Positions 25,933 to 39,300 of a stretch of DNA of 64,000 nt are shown piece after piece. The notes below the pieces were generated by a model. It worked only from the letters and a program-made list of their open reading frames with translations. It was not told the DNA's origin and did not search any database. The stretch lies in NCBI GenBank assembly GCA_002633005.1, contig NMRA01000013.1:1392618-1456617 (forward strand), written 5' to 3'. Positions within the stretch are counted from its first letter, which is position 1, and each line of letters opens with the position of its first letter. Made by a program: the position numbers and the translations under genes. The DNA comes from Phoronis australis (taxonomy: Eukaryota > Animalia > Phoronida).

Positions 25933-27209
25933 CCCTAGTCCTGCTAACCCCAAGCTTCTCCAGTTTCAAAATTCCAGTCTGACTGGCTAATGCCGGAGGC
26001 CTCCGGCTACCAAGCATTGATCTAAGTAGGTCAAACTCAATTCAATAATAACAGCCAATCAGAAAATTTAAAAGGGCTTATTTTGGTTGGGATGCTTAGA
26101 GACAAGCATAAGATGGTAAGTATTCATAAAAGACCGTTTGTGATTGGCTAATTTAGACGCATTCCTCAATTGTTCATTGATAAAATATTTCCGCTTTTAA
26201 AAATGGCGTCTTACTTACCTGAATTTGAAAACTGCTACGAAATCTTTAATGATGCTGAAAGTGAAGAGGAATTCGAAGGATTTGAGGACGAAATTAATGA
26301 AGATTCGTCCGATGACGATCTCGACTTACCTGCTGGCTCCAAAGCCGAATGGGTTGAAGGCGATCGCGAGCCCGCCGATTTCGGGTTTTCCGCGACTCCC
26401 AGTTTGGCCACGGGAATACACCTGCCAGAAGATCCCCAGCCGCTTGATTTTTTTAAGTTGTTCATCACCGACAATTTTAAAGAAATGGCCTATGAAACCA
26501 ACAGATACGCGGCTGACGAACTCTCTAAAAATCAGGATAGGATGAAGGAGAATTCCCGGCTTTAAGGAAGAGGCGAGACATGACCTTGCAGATAATGAAG
26601 GTGTTTCTTGCTATGACCATCGCGATGGGACTAGTTGTCCAGCTAGATTTGTCTTCTTACTGGACAACTGATGAAGTTTGTGACAGAGACACCTTTCTTT
26701 CGAAAATGTATGTCCAGGGACAGATTTTCGCTGCTGATGTCTTTTTTCACCTGGCAGATAATGCCAACCAAATTCGCCGTGGCCTACCTGGATTTAACCC
26801 ATTATATAAGCTTGGATCATTATACCAGAACATTATTTCTCGCTTTCATTCTGTATATACACCTCATCAGCAGCTCTCATTAGACGAAGGAATGGTGCCT
26901 TGGAAAGGGAATTTATCTTTTCGTGTTTATAATTCCGACAAACCAAAAAAGTATGGAATAAAAGCCTACATAATATGTGATGCAGTAACTGGATATTGTT
27001 CAAAATTCAAACTGTATGCTTCCAAAAGCGAAACACCCCCTTCTGAAGACGGAGCAACATATGACCTGGTAATGGATTTAATGCGAGGATACTTTGGACT
27101 AGGCTGTATTTCATTCATGGATAATTATTATAGTTCAATTAAACTTTATAAAGATCTGTGGGATACTGCAACCATGACTAAGGTATACCAACAGTATGGA
27201 AACAAATGA
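25933..27209 (+). mobile_element. piggyBac (PGBD4-like, DDE_Tnp_1_7) element, left end plus broken transposase, 3'-truncated
   Basis: TTAA|CCCTAGTCCTGC terminus; PLDFFKLF, ETNRYA, MSRDRF, LSLDEGMVPWKG, KPKKYGIK, FMDNYYSS. Confidence 0.93.
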
Positions 27210-27321
27210 GCCTTAGGCAGTCGCTGAAAAGTTTCAAGTTTCACCTCCAGAAGCTGCAGTAGCTGCACCCCCAGAACCCGTTTTTGAGAAGGTATTCCAG
27301 GCAATCTTCCAATACACGAGG

Positions 27322-28624
27322 TAGTTTCGTTTTATTTGGTCTTCTCAATTTCAAATACATTTGATGTTTTCAGACATATATAAAGATTATTCGTGGATGG
27401 GGAGTTTGCCATTGACTTGTCGAAGAGTCCAGTGAAACAGAGAAATAATGGAATCCATAAAAAGGCATCAAAAAGACTGTGTCAAGTCCTACCAAAGACA
27501 TCGCTGGAGATGCAGATATATCTGTTGGCAACTGAACCTGGACCAGCACTCAGCTTGAGTCCGTTCAGAAATCAGGTGTGTGTGAAAGATGTCGGAAAGG
27601 TGTGGTTGTCGACATGGTTGGTGTTCTATTCCACGATTGGAGTGAATGCACTGTCAAAGCACACTGGGTGAGGCATGGACTTCTACCCGCCATCAGAGTG
27701 GAAAGTTTTTCGAGATTAACCATGCCTCTTTGCTGGGAATGCGTCGTTGGTCATGGCAGGAACTCACAAAAGTTCCATAGAGCGAGCAATGCCTGAGGGC
27801 TCCAGCAGAAAAAGTGAGAGCGATGTCGGACGTGCACAAAAGACAGACCTTAGTCTGTGCCGTTACAGAGGACGGTTCATGGCTCACAAGAACTGGGAAA
27901 TTCTAGGCATGGTTTTGTAGGTGTGATAGTGGTGGACACTGGAGAAATTTTGTCATTACAGTCATGTACAATCACTGCAACAACTGCGAGGAATTCAAAG
28001 CTCAGCCCAACACTGCTGGTGAAGAAATGGAATTTGAAACAGAACATTTTGAACAGTGCCGACTAAATCACGACAGGAGCGCTCAAGCCATGGAAGCAGC
28101 CGGGGCACTCGAGTGTTTCTCATGTTTAGTGGAGAAATACAATCTCAGATACAACCCATTCGTGGGAGATGGTGATAGCGCTGCGTTTTCAAAAATAAAA
28201 ACGTGAAATGCTATACAGCCAAAAAAGAAGAGTACATATGACCCGTGAAAAAAGAATGCGTCTTGCTATAATGTTTTTCAATGAAGCACACACAGACGTG
28301 AAGTCGTCTACTGCTACAAAGAAAGTGCATTCAGTTTTGCTTCACGCACATTGATAATGAACGGCTGCATACGTGTAAGAAAGCGAACAGTAGTCAGAAT
28401 AAGGAAGAAACAAAGAAAAAATGAACTCCAAGCTGAAACAGTTGGACACTTGTAGAAAGAAAGAGTACTGTGCAATATAAGTCGGGTGCATTTTATGCTA
28501 GTTGGGATAAACTGATCACAAGTTTTCAGAGCTTTTCAGAGAGTGCAGCTTTCCTTGAATTCGGGCTTTGAAGTAAAATTTTGATCACAAGTTCCATAAT
28601 TTGGATTATCATTTTACGTTATCG
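27322..28624 (+). mobile_element. Mutator-like/Kolobok-type transposase relic, copy 2 (direct repeat of 24307-25671)
   Basis: Colinear with copy 1 along ~1.3 kb; LRYNPFVGDGDSA; same TGA after KIK. Confidence 0.82.
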
Positions 28625-30268
28625 GTGAAGTCTTCTCCAACAGCAACAAACTGGGTATGCGGTAATGAATACATCATTGACCAAACTTAGAACATGACAG
28701 CAGAAAGTCACAGCGGCAACCAGAATGAAAGAATTGGTTTTAGTTATTTCATAAGTATTTTCCTTTGCACTAGCAAGAACGGATTTTGCTGCGTAGCATA
28801 GTTACAAATCCTTACTCATTTAGACTAGGAGACCACAGCAGAAGGCAAAAAGTACTCGCAACTCGTACACAAATTGGTGCTTAATATGCTGCAGGAAGGA
28901 CTTCAGAATATTGCAATATGAATCAAACAAGGAGTGCGGTGACATATGTTATTTGTTTTATGTTTTAGTTGTTTCCATCCTGTTTTAATAAGTCTTCCAG
29001 AGTTATTTCCCTTACCTATTTTGCAGTAGTTAGTCCATCTTGCATTGTTTTGATTAGCGTTTTCTTCTTTTGTCTTCAGAAGCCTCTGTTTATTCATTCA
29101 ACCAATCAGACTTCAACACATTGTTTTTATTTCGCCAACTGAGTTTCAATCTCCAGTCTCTTTTATCAACAATGCATAGACACACTAAAATATGTGTCTC
29201 ACACGCAACAATAAAACACTAAATGGAAATTAAGCATGCCTACACTTTTAGAAATTAATGAGTCTTAGTTGAAATGCCTCACTTTGGAACTGTTTATTAA
29301 ACACAAATAAGTGTTGTATGTCAGAATACAGAATGATGAACTTCTGAAGACTAGGGTAATAAAACTGTAGAGATTCTCAATATTTCTTTAGTACACGGAA
29401 AAAGAATTTCAGACTACAAACGTCTCTGCTATAGATGCTTACTCATCCAGCCTCCTTCAAAATATGCAACGGGAGAAAATGAAACACCAGTGGGATTTCA
29501 GATCTGCTAGGCAAAATTAAACAAAATGTGAACAACACTATTTTACTTTAACCGTCTCTATATGTGAGTTGACAAGATTTAGAGTTATCCTGAACCATCT
29601 GCCACAACCAAGTTTGAGATAGCAGATATGCAGCAGACCTGCGTTATCAAAAAAACAAGTTCTGAATGTTTCTCATTCGATGAATGATAAATTCATTAAG
29701 GCAAAAGAATATGATTACAATGATTTGTTGTGTTAATATTATTTTCGTGAAATGCTGATATTCAACATTCCTGCCATGCTTTAGTGCATAAATGTCAAAG
29801 ATCTAACCCGTAATTGTTATCACTAACAACTAAGCAATGACTTGATGACTGTGATTGCAAATCCTTATTCAGCATTCTACTTTACACTGTTTTCAAATGG
29901 TACACATATCGATTCATGGGACAGTCACCTTGGAAAATGGCTATCATGGACTTATAGGAATATAGTAGCCCCATTTCTCCACTAATTTTCAACGTCAAGA
30001 TTCATATTGCCCAATTTGAAGATGGAAGTGTGTCATATGGTGGCTGTCTTAAAAAATGACCACCAGCCGGCCTATTCCTCATATTCCTGCAGTTACAAGG
30101 GACTGATTTGAGTGGAACCCACAATAAATCCACAAAACGATACACAACGAAACAAAAAACTTGCATGTTATCTCAACAATTACAGCTCACATTGACATTC
30201 ACTTGCTTATCAAACTATCTTACAGCTTCAGATGACTAAATGTCTTCGGCTGAATGAAATCTTTTAGA

Positions 30269-30309
30269 TCAACTGACATCCATGCCACCTTCTTCTTTCT
30301 GTTCATCTT
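30269..30309 (-). CDS. THOC7: THOC7 terminal coding exon
   Basis: ttgcag|EDEQKEEGGMDVS*; acidic tail, phase 1 matches. Confidence 0.85.
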
Positions 30310-33300
30310 CTGCAATGACAATAGCTATTGATAACGTTATAAGCCAAGTGAGCAGGCTGACCAATGCACATTTTGTTATTGAAGCACTTCAAACCAAAAG
30401 TCGTGAACACTGTATTAACTGCAAGTTGTGTTGACTTGCAGAATTAGCCAATGGTCAAGTCGCGAATTCAACTCTCATCTCATACAGAGGTAAAAACCGA
30501 CTACGTTTTGGAAAGGTTAAGCCACTAGTTTCTGAGTCAAGTCAAGACAAGAAAAGAATGACATATGGAGTCATACTAAGCTTGCCCGTCAGCAATGACC
30601 TGTACACAGATAACGAAAATTTATGCATGCGCACTCTAGAGCATGGATTCGTAGAATTCAAGTCATCCAATCCAGAATCATGACTTGTCGCACAGGTGAT
30701 CGTCTGCTCAGTAGGCTGCCAGTTCATATTGGATAGATGACAACTATTTGTTCACTTTTACGGTAAACTGAATTTGGTATCGCTTAAAATGCAACCATGA
30801 GGTGATCTCTGTATATCGGATGTTCTAATACACAGACTTCACTGTTTTGGATGACCCGTATTCTTTGTGTACTTTGTATTTTATCCCCCAATACAAGACT
30901 GAACAGTAATTAGCTACTCGGTAATAACCCATATGGTTATTTCCCAGGGATGTAACGATTTGGTGGGACAACGTGATGGGCTTACTGCCGTATTCGGTAA
31001 CAGGCGCTCACATGTGTAGTTTGATCCACTGGGCGGCATAACGATGACCGACATCAAGCACAAAGAAAAATGAGTATTTTCAGTTTAATTTGTTTTGTGG
31101 GTTTTGTAATGTTTATTGCTCAACATGTGAGATTAATATATTATTACATGTCTTCAACAGTTATTTATGAACGAAGACCCTCAACGGACTTGGATGAATT
31201 ATCAACTGAGGGGTGCCACGCAGTCTTTAGACACGGGAAATAATTGCCTCGTGTTTTCCGTAAAAAGGTCAAGTGCAACTTAATGTAAAACTTTTCTGGC
31301 AGGTAAATGGCGAATGACCAAACTATCTTTCATGTAAAATAGTCATAAGGTCAATAGTAATGGGAAAAGTGTCCTATGCATGCCTAGCTGTGTGGGTAAT
31401 AATGCTACAATGTCAGAATAAGTTAGAGTAGTGCATAATAATTGTAAGATGTGTCAGCTATTACCCATTGGGCTGCAGTTTCGCTAAGTAAAATGACAAC
31501 CTATGAATCTCAACCAAATGCATTCAATCTTTAAAAAAATGAGTTTTAAGCTTTTCATCAAACCGAAATCAAACTGAGTAGGTTAAAAAGTGACTACAGT
31601 AGCTAAAGAACGTACTCTGATATTAAAAAAATTGACATCGGAAATTGACAAAAGCATAGACAGCTATTGCGAAAATGAACCTATCTTTCTAAACCTCTCA
31701 ACCCAACAGTCACCAACCGACAAAGGTGAAGCGTTGCTGAGATATAAGGAAAAAAACTTACCATCTAGGATTCGTTGCATTTCATGAATGGCAGATATGA
31801 GAACATGGAACTGTTTTCGACGAAGATCAAGCTGCAGAAGGAAATAGATAGCTTATAACATAACTGTGAAATGGGCAACTTGATATTCACTATGTGGAGC
31901 TAATAAATTAAGAGCAATTCCATATAAAAACCAGATGGTGGGCTATATATGCCAAATCACCAATTTTTTTGAAACTTAGCACATCAGCTGGCCTTGTCAA
32001 AAGAAACCTGAGCCTGAATTTTTAAGAGTTTCCGAGTTTTTTTTAACCCTTTTTACGACCACTTTATACTTTTTCTGAAAAATAGCAAATAATAGTACTT
32101 GGAAGTAGGTAACATTTTGTCAGCAACAGCACATCATCGCTTCACGCTATTGAAAAAAATAACTATATAGCAGAAAGGAGAAAGAATAACATACAAGAAA
32201 AACTAGTTCGGGTGGATTTATTGATTTTTTATGTCCTCCCATTTTAGTCTACAAAAACATCATTTTCACTACTTATTATTAAGGCCATTTTTACGCATTT
32301 TTATCACTCTCCCAAATCTATATCGGATTCTTTTGGAACATGAGTTAACTTCCATCTGTTACTGCTGTCTTTGTTCAGGCCAACGCAAGAATAAAAAATC
32401 TTGTCTCTTTNNNNNNNATGTCAAACTTTGTCACCAGTTTTCCAAGTCTGATTTTTTGCTGTTCAAAAAATGCAGTTTTACTGACATGAAAAAATGCAAA
32501 ATATGCCTTTATAGCCAAATAGGTCATATCTCGGTAACCAAAGGTCATTGAGTGCAAATATTGCAGCTGTGTACTTTGGGCCAGCATCCCAACACATGCA
32601 CAAAGTATTAGCTCTGTATGAATTTTTGAGTATATAGTGATTTTTCATTTTCATATGGTTTTTATATGGAATCATTCTTAAGGTCTTAGTGACATGAATA
32701 AATTGAATACAGCAAGCAGTTCAGTTCATGTGCAAGGGAGCATTTGTGTGACAACAAACCCACGTATTTCTCAACTGCAAACATGTCTACAAGCAATATT
32801 GCTTCACTAGACACCTAGTGAATTTCAAACTCCCCATTGTTGACTAGATTCAAAAGCATACTCAACAGCAGAGTCTACAAAGGATTTTCCTCATTCATCC
32901 ATCGTTTTGCTCCATACTTTAAACATACCAGCATGCATCAACAATGTCAATTCCACGTTTTTCCATAGCTGATAACCTAATAAGAGTTCATTCCAATCTT
33001 TTTGCAACCTAAGACTTGTGTCAATCTCTCCAGCCTCTACAACGTAATATTTCAGTACAGGTCTACAGATTTCTAAGCTAGCATACAGCTGAGGTACATT
33101 TGGTCTCGGTTCACACTTAGTATTCACGCCGTTGGTAAAATTATTGAGTCGTATGATGGTACACATTACCTTTTCTTCAATGCTGGTCTTGGATTCCCTG
33201 AGTTCTTTCAATTCTTCGTCTAAGGCTTCAAGTTTCCTGAAAAATGTACATACTTTCACACTACCTAGCTGGACACATTCTATTTAATCAAGTTCTTTGA

Positions 33301-36300
33301 TTACCCAGTAGTAAGACATTACTATGAATTTTCAGCACAGTGCTGCATGCCAAGTTCGAACAATTTCTCCTCTTCTCTCATGCGCTACAATTTTGTTGTG
33401 ATGAACAAACTTTGTTTATAACTTTGCTTTATAAGAAAAGAAAACGTGTTTACCTGAATGTGGCGCACATATAGACAAACAAAGGTTTGCAACTTCCGCC
33501 AATCTATGACGCTACACCACTTCTGGAGAACAGAAGGACCGGAAACCAGAACGCCCCCCTACCATTCGTTGACAAAGAACTGTAGAGTACAGTTTGAAAC
33601 TTTCAAACTTCAAAATCCCCGTCTCTGAGCAAGTTGATTTTACTTATACCGTGTAAACACATAATAAACAGTCGACACAAACTTACACTGAAACTTTATT
33701 CTTAGAAATTTAAAGTAGCACGAAACCATGTGCTCTAAACTTACGTCATTGTTTCCTTACGATCAGGATGCTGTTGTATAACCTTGGCCAATGCATCGTA
33801 TTCTGAAACATACATGAAACAACACTGGTTTTGATCGCTGTTTTTTTCCAATCTTGTTTCAGAAAGTAAATTGTCACTAGCAATGTCAACGTTTCATTGG
33901 TAACCACGCTGATTAAGTAGTACCTATTTGAGAGCAAGGTTCATACACAACGGAGACCATTAAGATAAGATCATAAAGCCCCAGTATGAGCATAGAACAA
34001 AGGAGCATAGCTAACTCTGGTCTGTACCACCCCGCGACTTGTTGTTTTAAGAACTGTGCTAACTAACAAAATAAAAAACACCCACTCACCTTAATTCTAG
34101 ACAAGATTCTTTTTTGAAAAGATGCACAAAGTTACATAAGTAAGGGTTGAAACACCATGATTTGCCAGGAGGTGAACAAATGAGAAAACAAAGCATACCC
34201 CTTGCATCATTTTGTTGTTTAATGTGGATTTTCTTTTTTTGAAAAAGTGAGGAACTCGAATTGCCAAAATTCAACTGGCAGAGCCAGCTATGCTTCTTTG
34301 GAATTACACTCACTGTCTGATTCTTCACTTGTCTAGTGCACGAAATAGTGGAAACATGAACTTTACTTATGTCACACTGGGCCCAACCATGAGGCCTGCG
34401 CACGTATGATGCACCGCAAATGACATCAGATCACCTGCACTGTTTTTCGTTATGTCACACTTCTAAACATTAAAGCACCATGCAGTACTATCTTTGAAAA
34501 CCATCGTTTTAGTTGGTGTTTATGGTAGAACCCTTTGTTTTATTTTTCAATACTAGTTGATGTTCCTCAATACACATGACAAAACGATGAAATGACTGGA
34601 GTGCAACTACCGATTTACTTAAGTTTGAGATATGGTAATTTTGGCTTGACCTAATTAGAGTTGTTTGAGACTTTGAATATGACAATTTTGGCATGTGTTT
34701 GAGAGCAGAATAATGGAATAATTGACTAAACGTGGGACTTTGAAGGCATTTCAAATTCCACTTTCAGCGATGTTTGCCAGTGGATAGATTCATACATTTA
34801 AACACAATGATTCACCTCACAAAAACATACATTACACTGTATACACATACGTGTAAAAAGCTGATCAAGACAATCTGAAGACAAGGTATCAGTGATGCGA
34901 AAGTTCAACATTCAAGTTACTTCGCAGTTATTAATTGTAAGTATGTTATCTTATTTGCAACAGCAATGTTATCAGAACATCTCTATCACTTTAGAAGTAA
35001 ATGTGAATAATAACATAAGACACCAATTGGAGAAGAGACAGTGCGGCCTAGTGGGATGAGTGTCCGCTTCCTTTATTCAAGGTCGTGGGTTCAAGTCCCA
35101 CTGGATCACACTGCTGGACCCTTGAGTCACGTCTCTACAGGGCTTGGAATGACCAATGACAAAAAAGAGGAAAATTTTCCAGATGATGTATCGTTCCACA
35201 AATAGAAAAGCTGTGTGTGCGGTAGAAGTATTTTTTGCTGTAAAAATTTAACTGAACTAAAGGTTTTTGCATGGATAAAGACAAAATAATGACAAAAAAG
35301 ATACGAAAAGAGGAAACTGGAAATCAAATAAAACGAAATTGAAACAAAAAAGAGGAAATCCTCTTAAAAGAGGAAAATTCCAAACGTCGCTTGTAGCTGC
35401 TCAGCTCCATTTCAACCATATATTAATAAAGCATAAACATGCCTCCATGTGATTAGTGTAATGGGCCAACATAAGCCGCCTGTGAACGTGCAAAAATGTA
35501 CCAGACCGTCTACAATTATTTTTTATAAGACACCAACTGATTCTCACCTTGTCTATTGTGTCGAACCCTCTTGGCCTCTTGTAGTTCTGCTTTACACTGA
35601 TTAATTTTCTCATAGGCATCTTTGATGCGCTGCTCTGTAGGGAAAACAAACTGTTAACTGTGAACAAGTAAAAGAGAGTAGATTCTGTTGACACATGTAA
35701 TATTAAACAGAAGCAATTAATTTCTGTTGCCAGTTGCCTAGGGGTGCTAAGTTTGTGGGGTGCATTCCATACAATCTTTCTTCCGAGGTTGGCTAGGCCA
35801 AGCGGAATCATGCAAATGAGAGGTCAGCGCATAAGGAGTAAGGTTGCAACCCTACTGCTGTGTACAAGCAAAATAGTCAACACTGAAGTGAATGCCAGGT
35901 GTCACCAGAATGTTGAATAACGCCAGAGAACTGCACCGTATACACAATTTCCATTACACAATCAACATATCTAACAGCAAGTATTTCGTGAGTGCGTTGT
36001 GTTACTGAATGCATCCCTAGTTAAATCTAACACCACATAGACAATAGTGCTCATTTTCAGGCAAAATCTCAAACATTTTCTGTATTCGTTAGGGTTAATA
36101 CACATGAGCCAAATATTGAGGAACTAAACAATGACGGAGTTGTTACACCCAAGATCAGACTACAAGGGTGGAAACAAGCGAGTACACGCTTGAAAATAAG
36201 AGTAAAAAGTAAAAACACGAGTGGGAAAATGACCTGTTATTGGAAGGAGCCCAAAGTGGACGTTTGGCATATTCTTTTTGGTTCTCAGTATTTACTAGGG

Positions 36301-39300
36301 CAAATCTTGAAATACGAGTGCAGAGTATGCCATCATTCGTATTTTGTAGTGAGGCATTTTCACCTGTGTTGAGCGCTGGACTATCATTTGTTTTCAAAGA
36401 ATACAGGAACGTAGCAATGATAAATCCCTCAAAATTATAGTTAATTAATAACGGTTTTTGCATCTTTTGAGCAAAGAATATGGCCAGAATGTAAAAAGCA
36501 CAAAGTTTCATAATTCACCTATTTTTGAGTTGAGGTCACCGTAGTTCTCCTGTTCATGAAGATTCATCCTGTAGACCTGAGATGACTTCACCATGGCCTG
36601 TTCACACTGAGCAAGCTGTGCCACCATCTTCTGGTATGTGGCAATGCTGGAAACACAGACACACGAATCTCCCAATGACTCAACCATTATAAGAAACAAG
36701 TTTCTATGTTCAAGTTATACTGTGTTGGTGCCAGTGCTGGATACGAGGGACAGATAGATTCAAGGCCCTGTGGCTAGAACAAGAGATTCGTGCAGATGGC
36801 ACCACACTCAAAATGCAAATAAAATAGAAGAGTATCGGGGGAATTTCATAACACACCATCAATTACTAACAATAAATAAACTGAATGTTTTCGACTGCCA
36901 ATGGCTACAGTCATCCTCAGAAAGATGACAAGGTGGACTTGCTATGATATAAAAGTCAGAAAGAGAGTACTGACTTACATCGCCGTTCATGTCCCTGTCA
37001 CCCGGTTACTAATAAAATGGCTTTGGCGTATCTAGCATGTTTTATTTCAGGTATCATGAGCAAAAAGTTTGGCATTATCCAAGTCTATAACGTGGTTGTG
37101 GATAACATAGTGATCAGTGACGGACAATCTGTTGATGGAATTACGGGCTAACCGCTGTTACAAACGTGAGAAGCGAGTTATTGACTGTGTGTCCACATCT
37201 TGTTTGAGTCTGTGTAGACGAGTACTGAACCAGCAGCATGTAGTAAGGCCGAAATTTTGCCAAAATTTGGCTGTCACTGACAACTGTGCTATCTCGATTG
37301 TGTCTCGTGAATGAGGACACATGCTCTTTGAATTCCATTGGGGCATCAAAAATTGTTACGTACAAATTTTAAAATGTTGCAGGATTTTGAGCAATTACTT
37401 TTTTTTCCATAAAAAATACAAAAAATACAAAACACGGAGAAAGCACGTGTCCCTCACGGCGGGAAGGTTTGTTTTCTGACTTGTGCGGACTCTCCCATCC
37501 AACATTAACGAAATTTATATGGTTTGAGGACAGAACCAACATTAATCCATCTCACATGATCAGGAATAACTACCAGACCCCGACGAGTGGCAGAAAAAGA
37601 ACACCAAGCCGAAACTCTAGAGAACTCTGAGCTTAATCGTCAAAAAAACCCAAAAGCAACCGACAATGGACGCCATACTGACAGGGAAGGCGGGACAAAA
37701 TGTCACCAAGAAGATTCGGTCATTGAAAGATGAACTCAAAGAGGCACTCATGGACTCAGATTATATCCAGTCACTGTTTACAAACATGATAAAGCCCTTA
37801 ATTGACGCTGGTTTGTCTGAAATGTATAAAGCACTCGAGCTTCAATACGATCAAAAGATGGTTGAAAAGGACAAAAAAAATAACACTTGAAAATCAACTG
37901 GACAAGCTGAAGCAAGAAAGTGGCTCTCAAATACACAGGTTGGAATCTGATTTGGATGAGCTTGAGCAGTGTGGCCGCCGAAACTGTGTTGTAATCAGCG
38001 GAATAATAGAATCTGACAAGGAGTGCACAGATGACATTGTTGTTGGTCTAGTAAAAAGAATTGGTGCTACCGTTGATAAGTCTGACGTATGTCGCAGCCA
38101 TCGCCTAGGTAAAAAAAATCCAAGGTAACGCCAAGGCGAGGTCAATTATAAATTTACGAATTACAATGCAAGAGTCGAATTCATGAGAAATAAAAAGAAA
38201 TTGAGAACTGGAGCCGGCAAGATCTACGTAAACGAGAATCTGACCAAAAAACGAGCACAGTTGTACAAGGCTTGTAGAGATCTAGGTGCCAGGATTCAGA
38301 GTTGCTGGACATATGATGGAAGAATTTATTACAAGAACTGGGCCAATGAAATTAACCCGGTGAGCAGCATGGATGATTTGCAGGGCATCTAACTCTCTCT
38401 CAGCTCAACACTATACACTCAAGCCAGAATATAGTATAATAGTGCAATAGTTTCTGACGTCTTGTGTTCAGCAATTGGTAAGATTACTCACTTATGTACT
38501 GTAGTAAGCACGAAAGACAGCTGAAGTTCCTTTTTCCATTAAGTTGAGTTTTACGGTAATTCCAATGTTTCACAATACCCAATAAATTTTTAACTGCTTT
38601 TGTACTCCATGTGCAATTGCCAAACTACAAGTGTAGCGTACCATAATTGTCAGGTAGTTGGGACCCTGTTGAGAGACCTCCAGTACAAATGTACTTCCTG
38701 TAGCCATTACTGTGTATAGCCTATTTTCCTTAAGTTTTAACATAGTTTTAGCCATTGTGCCCAACATATCGTCTTCACAGCTAACATATACGTGCTACTC
38801 AGGTTATTTCAAAGTTGGTGACAATCGTGTCGCGTAGTTGTATTGTTCTAGCTGTGTTCTATTTTATTCTAAGCGTCATAGCTTCATGCTGGGCAATCTA
38901 TCTGGGGGGGGGGCTATTTATGAGAGGGCTCTGCATTGCGTGTAGGCATAGAGTGCAGGCATCCTTATTATTTATGTGTGTGTGATCTGCTCGGTGCAGA
39001 TCTCTCGACAAGTCCCGGACGCACAAGTTAAGTCTGTTTATTAAAATGTACTTATCCTTATTTTCATTCTACTTGTTTCCTGCACGAGAACCGTAAGGGC
39101 AATGTTTCTTAATGTTTTTTTTATTATAGTCTCATTATGAAAAATACTGGGAGAATAAGCCTTACCATGAGGATCAGTTTCCATGTGTTTTCCATCCTGC
39201 GTTACATCATATTTCACATCTATGTTGTACTCTGTGAAATCTATGATGTGCTTGTGAATGTGTTGGTATTGTTTTTGTGTTGTTTTGTATGTATGTGGTG

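Noticed and set aside
35038-35112. Functional tRNA gene
   Set aside because: A/B boxes are present but the acceptor and anticodon stems do not pair well, and a SINE-like continuation follows.
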